A stretch of DNA of 64,000 nucleotides. Source: Candidatus Delongbacteria bacterium. GTDB taxonomy: Bacteria; CAIWAD01. Of the stretch, positions 47,116-55,247 are shown one piece after another. Below the pieces are notes generated by a model. That model worked only from the letters and a program-made list of their open reading frames with translations, was not told the DNA's origin and made no database searches. A program made the position numbers and the translations under genes. The stretch spans positions 10,601-74,600 of the forward strand of contig JBAYTZ010000009.1 of assembly GCA_041675285.1 (NCBI GenBank), written 5' to 3'. Every line of letters begins with the position of its first letter. The stretch's first letter is position 1.

Positions 47116-49265
47116 TGGATCCCGCCCGGCCCCCCGCCAGCCAGGCCGAGCTGGTGGCCCTGACCCGCGACCTGCAGCGCCACGCCCGGCTCTACTACGA
47201 CGAGGCCGCCCCCGAGCTCCCCGACGCCGAGTACGACCGCCGGCTGCAGCTCCTGGCCGCGGCCGAAGCCGAGCATCCGGACTGGGCCCTGCCTGATTCC
47301 CCCACCCGCCGGGTGGGCCAGCGGGAGACGGCGCGTACCGGCCGCCCCGAGGTCCGCCACGAACCCCGCCTCTACAGCCTGGCCAACGCCTACAGCGACG
47401 AGGAACTGGCCGATTTCGCGCGCCGCGTGGCCGAGGCCTTGGCGGCCGCGCCGCCCCAGCCCGACCTCTTTGCCCTTCCCAAACAACTGCCGGAACTGGT
47501 CTGGTCCTGCGAACTGAAGCTGGACGGGGCCAGCATCTCGCTGATCTACGAACAGGGCGAGCTGGTGCTGGCAGCCACGCGCGGAGACGGCGAGTCGGGC
47601 GAGGAAATCACGGCCCAGGCCCGACAGCTGAGCAACCTGCCCGCAACGCTGGCGCTGGACGCGCCGCCCGCCCGGCTGGTGGCGCGCGGCGAGGTGGTGC
47701 TGGAACACGCCGATTTCCAGGCCCTCAACGCCCGCCGCGCCGAGGCCGGCGAACGCCTGTTCGCCAACCCGCGCAACGCCGCCGCCGGCAGCCTGAAACT
47801 GCTGGATGCCGCCGAACTGCGGGCCCGCGGCCTCAAGGTCTTCCTCTACGATCTGGCCGTGCTGGAAGGAGCCGCAGCCCCCGCCACCCAGAGCGCCCAG
47901 CTGGACTGGCTGCGCCACGCCGGCCTGCCGGTCTTTCCGCACGCCGCGCGCTGCGCGGGACTGGCGGAGGTGCTGGCCTACTGCGCGCGCTGGGAGACGG
48001 AGCGCGCCGGGCTGCCGCTGGACACCGACGGCGTGGTGGTCAAGCTGGACGAGATTGCCCCGCGGGCCGGGCTGGGCTGGACGGCCAAGGCGCCGCGCTG
48101 GGCCGTGGCCCGCAAGTTTCCGGCCCAGGCCGTCCAAACCGTGCTGCGCGCCGTCACCTGGCAGGTGGGGCGCACGGGCGTGGTCACGCCGGTGGCCGAG
48201 CTGGAACCCGTCGCCGTGGCCGGTTCGGTCATCGCCCGGGCCACCCTGCACAACGAGGATGAGATCCAGCGCCGGGGCATCCGGCCCGGGATGCGGGTCT
48301 GGGTGGAAAAGGGCGGCGACGTGATCCCCAAGGTCACGGGCCCGGCGGAGGATCCGGCGGGCTTCCCTGCAGTGCAGGCGCCGGCGGACTGTCCGGAGTG
48401 CGGCCATGGGCTGCGGCGGGAGGAGGGGGAGTCGGCCCTGCGCTGCCTGAACCCGGGATGCCCGGCCGTGCGCCAGGCCGCGCTGGAGCATTTCGTCTCT
48501 CGGCCGGCCCTGGACTTGGAGGGGCTGGGGGATCGCCTTGTGGCCGAGTTGATCCGCCTGGGCCACCTGCGCGACGTCTCGGACCTCTTCCATCTGCGCC
48601 CGGAGCAACTGCTGGAATGTGAGCGGATGGGCGAGAAAAGTGTGTCGAACGTCATGCAATCCATTGAGATGGGGAAAACGCGCCCCCCCAGTCGCCTGCT
48701 CTTCGCCCTGGGCATCCGCGGAGTGGGAGCCAAGGCGGCGCGCACGCTGTTGCGGCACGCCGGCAGCCTGCGGGCCCTGGCCGCGCGTCCCGCGGAGGAA
48801 CTGCAGAACCTGGACGGGGTGGGTCCCGTGCTGGCGGCCAGCGTCACGCGCTGGTTCGCCCTCCCGGACAACCAGGAGTTGTTGAAACGACTGGAGTTGG
48901 GCGGCCTGGACCTGACGCGCGAGGAGCCCGACCGCGGTCCCGTGGCGGCCGGCGGCCCCTTCTGGGGACGAACCGTGGTGCTCACCGGCACCCTGGCCGG
49001 CCTGGAGCGCCGGGCGGCCCAGGCGCTGCTCGAAGCCCGCGGGGCCAAGGTCAGCTCCAGCGTCTCGGCCCGGACGCACTACGTGGTGGCCGGAGCGGAA
49101 GCCGGATCCAAGCTGGAGAAGGCCCGCGCCCTGGGCGTGCCCGTGCTGGACGAAGCCCAATTCCAGGCGCTGCTGCAGGCGGGGGACGCGGATTCCGCCG
49201 CGGACGCGAATCCGGAGCGGTTGAATCCAGATCCGCTTAGCCCGTTTGAACAGGAGTCATTGTAG
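47115..49265 (+). CDS. ligA: NAD-dependent DNA ligase
   Basis: Adenylation motif CELKLDG, Zn finger CPECGHGLRREEGESALRCLNPGC, HhH region, BRCT (VVLTGTL...). The ATG overlaps the apt stop. Confidence 0.95.
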   Translation: MDPARPPASQAELVALTRDLQRHARLYYDEAAPELPDAEYDRRLQLLAAAEAEHPDWALPDSPTRRVGQRETARTGRPEVRHEPRLYSLANAYSDEELADFARRVAEALAAAPPQPDLFALPKQLPELVWSCELKLDGASISLIYEQGELVLAATRGDGESGEEITAQARQLSNLPATLALDAPPARLVARGEVVLEHADFQALNARRAEAGERLFANPRNAAAGSLKLLDAAELRARGLKVFLYDLAVLEGAAAPATQSAQLDWLRHAGLPVFPHAARCAGLAEVLAYCARWETERAGLPLDTDGVVVKLDEIAPRAGLGWTAKAPRWAVARKFPAQAVQTVLRAVTWQVGRTGVVTPVAELEPVAVAGSVIARATLHNEDEIQRRGIRPGMRVWVEKGGDVIPKVTGPAEDPAGFPAVQAPADCPECGHGLRREEGESALRCLNPGCPAVRQAALEHFVSRPALDLEGLGDRLVAELIRLGHLRDVSDLFHLRPEQLLECERMGEKSVSNVMQSIEMGKTRPPSRLLFALGIRGVGAKAARTLLRHAGSLRALAARPAEELQNLDGVGPVLAASVTRWFALPDNQELLKRLELGGLDLTREEPDRGPVAAGGPFWGRTVVLTGTLAGLERRAAQALLEARGAKVSSSVSARTHYVVAGAEAGSKLEKARALGVPVLDEAQFQALLQAGDADSAADANPERLNPDPLSPFEQESL

Positions 49266-49298
49266 CCCAATTGGGAATACCGGCGCAATGGATCAGAT

Positions 49299-49327
49299 CG
49301 TGAAAACCAGAATGAACGTTGTTTTCA
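49299..49327 (+). terminator. Hairpin downstream of ligA (possible terminator, no T-tract)
   Basis: GTGAAAAC-N13-GTTTTCAC, an 8-bp perfect stem in an unusually AT-richer spacer. Confidence 0.3.
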
Positions 49328-49480
49328 CATCAGGACGACGGTAAAAGCCCGGTAGGGAAGCGAAAAGGCGGCGAAGAAGCGCGCCCGAGCCCGCCCGAAA
49401 AGCGTCCGCAGGGCTTTTTCTCCAGCGCTTGAATCATAAATTCGACAGCTGGACAGGACAGACAAGGGAGTTCAACGCAG

Positions 49481-50044
49481 ATGGCCTCAACGGCTGATTT
49501 CCGCACCGGCTTGACCGTGATGATCGACGGCGAGATTTTCCGCATCGTCGAGTTCCAGCACGTCAAGCCGGGCAAGGGCGGCGCCTTCGTGCGCACCAAG
49601 ATCAAGAACGTGCGCACGGGCCGGGTGCTGGAACCCACCTTCCGCTCGGGAGAGAAAATCGAGATCGTCCGGTTGGAGAGCCGCAAACTCCAGTACCTCT
49701 ACCAGGACCCCAACGGCTACGTCTTCATGGACAACGAGACCTTCGATCAGCTGCACCTGCCCACCGTCCTGGTGGAGGAGGTCATCGACCTGATGAAGGA
49801 GAACACCGAGGTGGACGTGCTCTTCCACGGCGAGGAGGCCCTGGGCATCGAGCTGCCGGTCACGGTGGATCTGCGCATCGTGGAGACGGAGCCCAACGAC
49901 AAGGGCGACACGGCCCAGGGCGGCAAGAAGCCCGCCAAGCTGGAGACCGGCGCCACGGTCAACGTGCCCTTCTTCGTCAGCGAGGGAGAAGTGATCCGCG
50001 TGGACACGCGCAAGCGCGAATACGTCGAGCGAGTGAAGGGATAA
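49481..50044 (+). CDS. efp: Elongation factor P
   Basis: [43 protein letters not shown]. Confidence 0.97.
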   Translation: MASTADFRTGLTVMIDGEIFRIVEFQHVKPGKGGAFVRTKIKNVRTGRVLEPTFRSGEKIEIVRLESRKLQYLYQDPNGYVFMDNETFDQLHLPTVLVEEVIDLMKENTEVDVLFHGEEALGIELPVTVDLRIVETEPNDKGDTAQGGKKPAKLETGATVNVPFFVSEGEVIRVDTRKREYVERVKG

Positions 50045-50046
50045 GC

Positions 50047-50508
50047 ATGGATTTCAATGAGATCCGCAAGCTGGTGAAACTCGTGGAGGCCTCGGCCATC
50101 TCCTCGCTGGAAGTGGAAGAGGGCGAGCTGAGCATCCGCATCGAGAAGCACACCCTGGCGCCCGCGCCCCTGCAGCCCGCGGGTCTGCCCGGCGGCTACG
50201 CGCCCGCGCCGGCCCCCGTCTACCAGATGGCTCCGGCGGCCGCCCCGCCCGCGCCGGCGACGGCCTCCCACCTGCTGGAGGTCAAGGCGCCCATGGTGGG
50301 CACCTTCTATCGCTCGCCCGGCCCGGACAAGGAGCCCTTCGTCAAGGTGGGCGACATGATCGCCCCCGGCAAGACCCTCTGCATCCTGGAAGCCATGAAG
50401 ATCATGAACGAGATCGAGGCGGAGCTGAGCGGCCGGGTGGTGGAGATCCTGGTGGAGAACGGCCAACCCGTCCAGTTCGACCAGGTCCTGTTCCGCATCG
50501 AACCCTGA
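50047..50508 (+). CDS. accB: Acetyl-CoA carboxylase biotin carboxyl carrier protein
   Basis: A/P-rich linker and the biotinylation motif [14 protein letters not shown]. Confidence 0.95.
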   Translation: MDFNEIRKLVKLVEASAISSLEVEEGELSIRIEKHTLAPAPLQPAGLPGGYAPAPAPVYQMAPAAAPPAPATASHLLEVKAPMVGTFYRSPGPDKEPFVKVGDMIAPGKTLCILEAMKIMNEIEAELSGRVVEILVENGQPVQFDQVLFRIEP

Positions 50509-50520
50509 GACGAGGCGCCC

Positions 50521-51864
50521 GTGTTCAAACGCATGCTCATCGCCAACCGGGGCGAGATCGCGCTGCGGATCATCCGCGCCTGCCGGGAACTGAACATCGA
50601 GAGCGTGGCCGTCTACTCCACGGCGGACGCCGACAGCCTGCACGTCCGCTTCGCGGACGACGCCATCTGCATCGGTCCCCCGGCGTCCAGCGAGAGCTAC
50701 CTCAACACCCGGGCCATCCTGACGGCGGCCCAAATCACCCAGTGCGACGCGCTCCATCCGGGCTACGGCTTCCTCTCGGAGAATGCCGCCTTCGCCGACA
50801 TGTGCCGCGATCATGACCTGGCCTTCGTGGGCCCGCGCGGCGACGTGATCCGGCGGATGGGCGACAAGGCCGAGGCCAAGCGCACCATGCGCGAAGCCGG
50901 CGTGCCCTGCATCCCGGGCAGCCCGGGCCTGCTGGAGAGCGTGGAGGAGGCCCGCCAGTTCGCCGCCGAGGTGGGCTATCCGGTCATCCTCAAGGCCACG
51001 GCGGGGGGCGGCGGGCGCGGCATGCGCGTGGCCCGCGGTCCCGAAGAGTTGGAGAACGCCTTCAGCACGGCCCGCGCCGAGGCCGAGGCCGGTTTCGGCA
51101 ACCCGGGCCTCTACCTGGAGAAATTCCTCGAGCACCCGCGCCACGTGGAGCTGCAGATCCTGGGCGACAAGAAGGGCAACGTGATCCACCTGTTGGAGCG
51201 CGACTGCTCGGTCCAGCGCCGCCACCAGAAGCTGGTGGAGGAGTGCCCCAGCCCGGCGGTCAGCCCCGAGCTGCGCGAGCGGATGGGGCGCGCGGCGGTG
51301 AACGCGGCCAAGGCCGTGGGCTACGACAGCGCGGGCACGATGGAGTTCCTGGTGGAAGGCGGCGAGTTCTATTTCATGGAGATGAACACGCGCATCCAGG
51401 TGGAGCATCCCGTCACCGAGATGGTGACGGGCGTGGACCTGATCCGCCAGATGATCCGGGCGGCCCACGGCGATGCCATTGAATTCACCCAGGACGACAT
51501 CCGGCTCAATGGCCACGCCATCGAGTGCCGGATCAACGCCGAGGACCCGGCCAAGGGCTTCCGGCCCTTCGCCGGCCTGATCGGCGCGCTCAACGTGCCA
51601 GGTGGGATCGGCGTGCGCGTGGACAGCCACATCTACCAGGGCTATCAGATTCCGCCCAACTACGACAGCCTGCTGGGCAAGCTGATCGTCCACGCTCCCA
51701 CCCGGGAGAAGGCCCTGGACCGCATGCGCCGCGCCCTCAGCGAGTACGTGATCGAAGGGGTGAAGACCACCATCCCCTTCCACCTGCAGCTGATGTCCGA
51801 TCCGGTCTTCCGCTCGGGCGAATTCGACATCAAATTTTTGGAACACTGGACTTTTCAAGGCTAA
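50521..51864 (+). CDS. accC: Acetyl-CoA carboxylase biotin carboxylase subunit
   Basis: [17 protein letters not shown]..., ATP-grasp [30 protein letters not shown] start. Confidence 0.97.
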   Translation: MFKRMLIANRGEIALRIIRACRELNIESVAVYSTADADSLHVRFADDAICIGPPASSESYLNTRAILTAAQITQCDALHPGYGFLSENAAFADMCRDHDLAFVGPRGDVIRRMGDKAEAKRTMREAGVPCIPGSPGLLESVEEARQFAAEVGYPVILKATAGGGGRGMRVARGPEELENAFSTARAEAEAGFGNPGLYLEKFLEHPRHVELQILGDKKGNVIHLLERDCSVQRRHQKLVEECPSPAVSPELRERMGRAAVNAAKAVGYDSAGTMEFLVEGGEFYFMEMNTRIQVEHPVTEMVTGVDLIRQMIRAAHGDAIEFTQDDIRLNGHAIECRINAEDPAKGFRPFAGLIGALNVPGGIGVRVDSHIYQGYQIPPNYDSLLGKLIVHAPTREKALDRMRRALSEYVIEGVKTTIPFHLQLMSDPVFRSGEFDIKFLEHWTFQG

Positions 51865-51916
51865 GTCTCACCGGGACCCGCGGGGTCCGGTGGAACCCAC
51901 ATACATGGAGAGACAC

Positions 51917-52297
51917 ATGAACATTCCGGGCAACCTGCTGTACACGGAAGAGCACGAGTGGGTGCTGGTGGAGGACGGAACCGTCCTGATCGGCATCACG
52001 GACCACGCCCAGGGCGAACTGGGGGACATCGTGGACGTGCAGTTGTTCGAGGTCGGGGCCGAGTTCCAGAAGGGACAGAGCATCGGCACCATCGACGCCG
52101 TCAAGGCCACGGCGGACATCTACGCGCCGGTCTCGGGCGTGATCCAGGAGTTCAACGAAGATCTCCCGGACGGACCGGACACCCTGAACCAGGACCCCTA
52201 CGGCCGCGGCTGGATCTACAGGATCCGCCTGACCGACCTAAGCGAGCTGGACGAGCTGCTCAGCCCCGAGGACTACGAAGAGCACATCGACATGTAG
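51917..52297 (+). CDS. gcvH: Glycine cleavage system H protein
   Basis: YTEEHEWV...GITDHAQGELGDIV...; lipoyl-lysine region IDAVKATADIYAPVSG. Start at ATG 51917. Confidence 0.93.
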   Translation: MNIPGNLLYTEEHEWVLVEDGTVLIGITDHAQGELGDIVDVQLFEVGAEFQKGQSIGTIDAVKATADIYAPVSGVIQEFNEDLPDGPDTLNQDPYGRGWIYRIRLTDLSELDELLSPEDYEEHIDM

Positions 52298-52359
52298 TCC
52301 CGCGGCCCGGCGAGGGCCCCGGCCTTCGCCTGCCAGTCCGCTGCCTGCCAGACCCCAAG

Positions 52360-52391
52360 ACGGCGGACCATCCGGTCCGCCGTTTGTTTTT
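52360..52391 (+). terminator. Canonical rho-independent terminator between gcvH and gcvPA
   Basis: ACGGCGGACC-ATCC-GGTCCGCCGT followed by TTGTTTTT. Confidence 0.75.
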
Positions 52392-52429
52392 GAGTTCGCC
52401 CGGCCCGCCGCCGGGAAACCGGAGGATCC

Positions 52430-53803
52430 ATGCCCTACATTCCGCATACAGAGGCCGACCGCCGCGACATGCTGGCGGCCATCGGTGTGGCGCGCTTCGA
52501 GGACCTGCTCGAGAGCGTGCCGGAGTCCCTGCGCCAGACCCGCCCGCTGGAGCTGGCCGAACCGCTCTCCGAGGCCGCGCTGACCCGCCACGTGGGCGAG
52601 CTGGCGGCCCGCAATCAGCCCTGGCCGCCCCAGGACTGCTATCTGGGCGGCGGTTCCTACGTGGGCCACCTGCCCGAGACCGTGCGCAGCCTGGCCATGC
52701 GCTCCGAGTTCATCACGGCCTACACGCCCTATCAAGCAGAAGTAAGCCAGGGCACGCTCCAGACCATCTTCGAATTCCAGACCATGGTCAGCGAGCTGGC
52801 CGGCCTGGAGCTGGCCAACGCCTCGCTCTACGACGGCGCCACCGCGCTGGTGGAGGGCGTGCGCATGGCCCTGTCCGTCAAGCAGGACAAGGAGCCCGCC
52901 CGGCGCCGCGTGCTGGTGGCGGCCCAGCTGAACCCGCGCTGGCTGGACGTGCTGCGCACCTACCTGCATCCCCTGGCGGGCGAGGTGGAGCTGGAACTGC
53001 TGGGCGTCGGCGCCAGCCGGCTCAGCCCGGAGAGCCTGGTCGCCCGGCTGGGTGCGGACGTGGCCGCCGTGGTGGTGCAGAGCCCCAACGCGCTGGGCCT
53101 GATCGAGGACGTGGCCCCGCTGGCCGCCGCCGCCCACGAGGCCGGCGCCCTGCTGGTGCAGGGCTTCGATCCGCTGGCCGTGGCCCTGTTCGAGTGCCCG
53201 GGCGAGGTCGGCGCGGACATCGCCGTGGCCGAGGGCCAGTCCATCTCCCAGCCCCTGCAGTTCGGCGGCCCCTACATCGGGCTGTTCGCGGCCCGCGGCG
53301 ACCTGGTCAAATACATGCCCGGCCGGCTGATCGGCGAGACCCTGGACGCCGTGGGCGCCCGGGGCTACGTGCTGACCTTTCAGACCCGCGAGCAGCACAT
53401 CCGCCGGGAAAAGGCCACCAGCAACATCTGCACGAACCAGGCCCTGGTGGCCACCTTCGCCACCATCCACCTGGCCCTGCTGGGGCCGGTGGGCCTGCGC
53501 GAGAAGGCCCAGTCCCTCTACACCCGCTGTGCCTGGCTGGCCGAGCGCGCGGCCGCGCTGCCCGGCGTGAGCCTGATGGGCGCGGGCGAGCGCTTCCGCG
53601 AGTTCGCCCTGCATGTGCCGCGGCGCGACGCCGTGCTGGCCCGCATGCGCGCGGCCGGGCTGGCTGCAGGCCTGCCCCTGCCCGCGGAGCTGGGCGCCGA
53701 ACTGCTGCTGGTGGCCGTGAACGAACTGCAGGAGCAGGCCGACCTCCAGCGCTGGCTGGACGGGCTGGCCGCCGCCCTGCGCGAGGAGGGAACCCATGCC
53801 TGA
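52430..53803 (+). CDS. gcvPA: Glycine dehydrogenase (decarboxylating) subunit 1
   Basis: MPYIPHTEADRRDMLAAIG...FITAYTPYQAEVSQGTLQTIFEFQTMV... Confidence 0.95.
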   Translation: MPYIPHTEADRRDMLAAIGVARFEDLLESVPESLRQTRPLELAEPLSEAALTRHVGELAARNQPWPPQDCYLGGGSYVGHLPETVRSLAMRSEFITAYTPYQAEVSQGTLQTIFEFQTMVSELAGLELANASLYDGATALVEGVRMALSVKQDKEPARRRVLVAAQLNPRWLDVLRTYLHPLAGEVELELLGVGASRLSPESLVARLGADVAAVVVQSPNALGLIEDVAPLAAAAHEAGALLVQGFDPLAVALFECPGEVGADIAVAEGQSISQPLQFGGPYIGLFAARGDLVKYMPGRLIGETLDAVGARGYVLTFQTREQHIRREKATSNICTNQALVATFATIHLALLGPVGLREKAQSLYTRCAWLAERAAALPGVSLMGAGERFREFALHVPRRDAVLARMRAAGLAAGLPLPAELGAELLLVAVNELQEQADLQRWLDGLAAALREEGTHA

Positions 53804-55247
53804 GTTGATCTTCGAGAAATCCCGTCCCGGCGCCGGCAGCTTCACGGCGGCCACGGGCGGCGTGAATTTCGGCGGCCTGGAGCCGCGCCTGCCCCAGCGG
53901 GGCCTGCGCACGCGACCCCTGGGTCTGCCCGAGGTGGTGGAAGGCGAAGTGGTGCGCCACTACCTGGGCCTTTCCACGTTGAACCACCACGTGGACAAGG
54001 ACTTCTACCCGCTGGGTTCCTGCACCATGAAGTACAACCCCAAGGTCAACGACGGACTGGCCCTTTTGCCCGGCTTCACGGGCCTGCATCCCGCGCAGCC
54101 CGCCGCCGAGGCCCAGGGGGCGTTGACCCTGCTCTGGGAGCTGGGCGAGGCCCTCAAGACCATCAGCGGCATGGACGCCGTGACCCTGCAGCCCGTGGCC
54201 GGCGCCCACGGCGAGCTGACCGCCCTGTTCATGATCCGCGCCTACCACGAAAAGCTGGGCCGGCCGCGCCGCAAGGTGATCATCCCCGACGCCGCCCACG
54301 GCACCAACCCTGCTTCCATCGCCATGTCGGGCTACGAGGTGGTCCAGGTGAAGAGCGCGGCCGACGGCTGCATGGATCTGGAGGCCCTGAAGGCCCTGCT
54401 GGACGAGGACGTGGCCGCCTTCATGATCACCAACCCCAACACGGTGGGGATCTTCGAGCGCCACATCGTGGAGATCAACGAGCTGGTGCACGCCGTGGGC
54501 GCCCTGAGCTACATGGACGGCGCCAACTTGAACGCCCTGCTGGGCATCGTCAAGCCCGGCGAGCTGGGCTTCGACATCATGCACATCAACCTGCACAAGA
54601 CCTTCAGCGTGCCCCACGGCGGCGGCGGCCCGGGAGCCGGCCCCCTGGTGGTCAAGCAGCGGCTGGCGCCCTTCCTGCCCGGACCGCTGCCCGTGCGCGC
54701 CGGCGAGCAGGTGGTCTGGGGCGAGCCCGGCCCGGATTCCATCGGCCCCGTCCACGCCTACTTCGGCAACTTCGGCGCGCTGGTGCGGGCCTACGCCTAC
54801 ATCCGCCGGTTGGGCGCCCGCGGCCTGCGCCGCGTCTCCGAGTACGCGATCCTCAACGCCAACTACGTGCGCGTCGGCCTGCAGGACCTCTACAAGGTCG
54901 GCTTCGAGGGCATCCCCTTGCACGAGGTGGTGTTCAGCGCCATCAACCAGAAGCGGCTGGGCTACAAGGCCAGCCACATCGCCAAGCGCCTGCTGGACTT
55001 CGGCCTGCACGCGCCCACCACCTACTTCCCGCTCATCGTGCCCGAGGCCCTGATGGTCGAACCCACCGAGACGGAGAGCCGGGCCACGCTGGACCGCTTC
55101 ATCGCGGCCATGCGCCAGATCCACCGCGAGTGCGAGGAAAAGAACCCGCTGCTGGAGAGTGCGCCGAACACCACGCCCGTCCGCAAGCTGGACGACGTGC
55201 GGGCCGTCAAGCAGCCGCGCCTGCGCTGGCGAAAGGAACAGGATTGA
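53796..55247 (+). CDS. gcvPB: Glycine dehydrogenase (decarboxylating) subunit 2
   Basis: LGSCTMKYNPK...; PLP-lysine region MHINLHKTFSVPHGGGGPG. Overlaps gcvPA by 8 nt. Confidence 0.95.
   Translation: MPELIFEKSRPGAGSFTAATGGVNFGGLEPRLPQRGLRTRPLGLPEVVEGEVVRHYLGLSTLNHHVDKDFYPLGSCTMKYNPKVNDGLALLPGFTGLHPAQPAAEAQGALTLLWELGEALKTISGMDAVTLQPVAGAHGELTALFMIRAYHEKLGRPRRKVIIPDAAHGTNPASIAMSGYEVVQVKSAADGCMDLEALKALLDEDVAAFMITNPNTVGIFERHIVEINELVHAVGALSYMDGANLNALLGIVKPGELGFDIMHINLHKTFSVPHGGGGPGAGPLVVKQRLAPFLPGPLPVRAGEQVVWGEPGPDSIGPVHAYFGNFGALVRAYAYIRRLGARGLRRVSEYAILNANYVRVGLQDLYKVGFEGIPLHEVVFSAINQKRLGYKASHIAKRLLDFGLHAPTTYFPLIVPEALMVEPTETESRATLDRFIAAMRQIHRECEEKNPLLESAPNTTPVRKLDDVRAVKQPRLRWRKEQD

Noticed and set aside
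51865-51916. Glycine riboswitch upstream of the gcv genes
   Set aside because: Only ~50 nt separate accC from gcvH. That is too short for even a single glycine aptamer, and no conserved aptamer core is visible.
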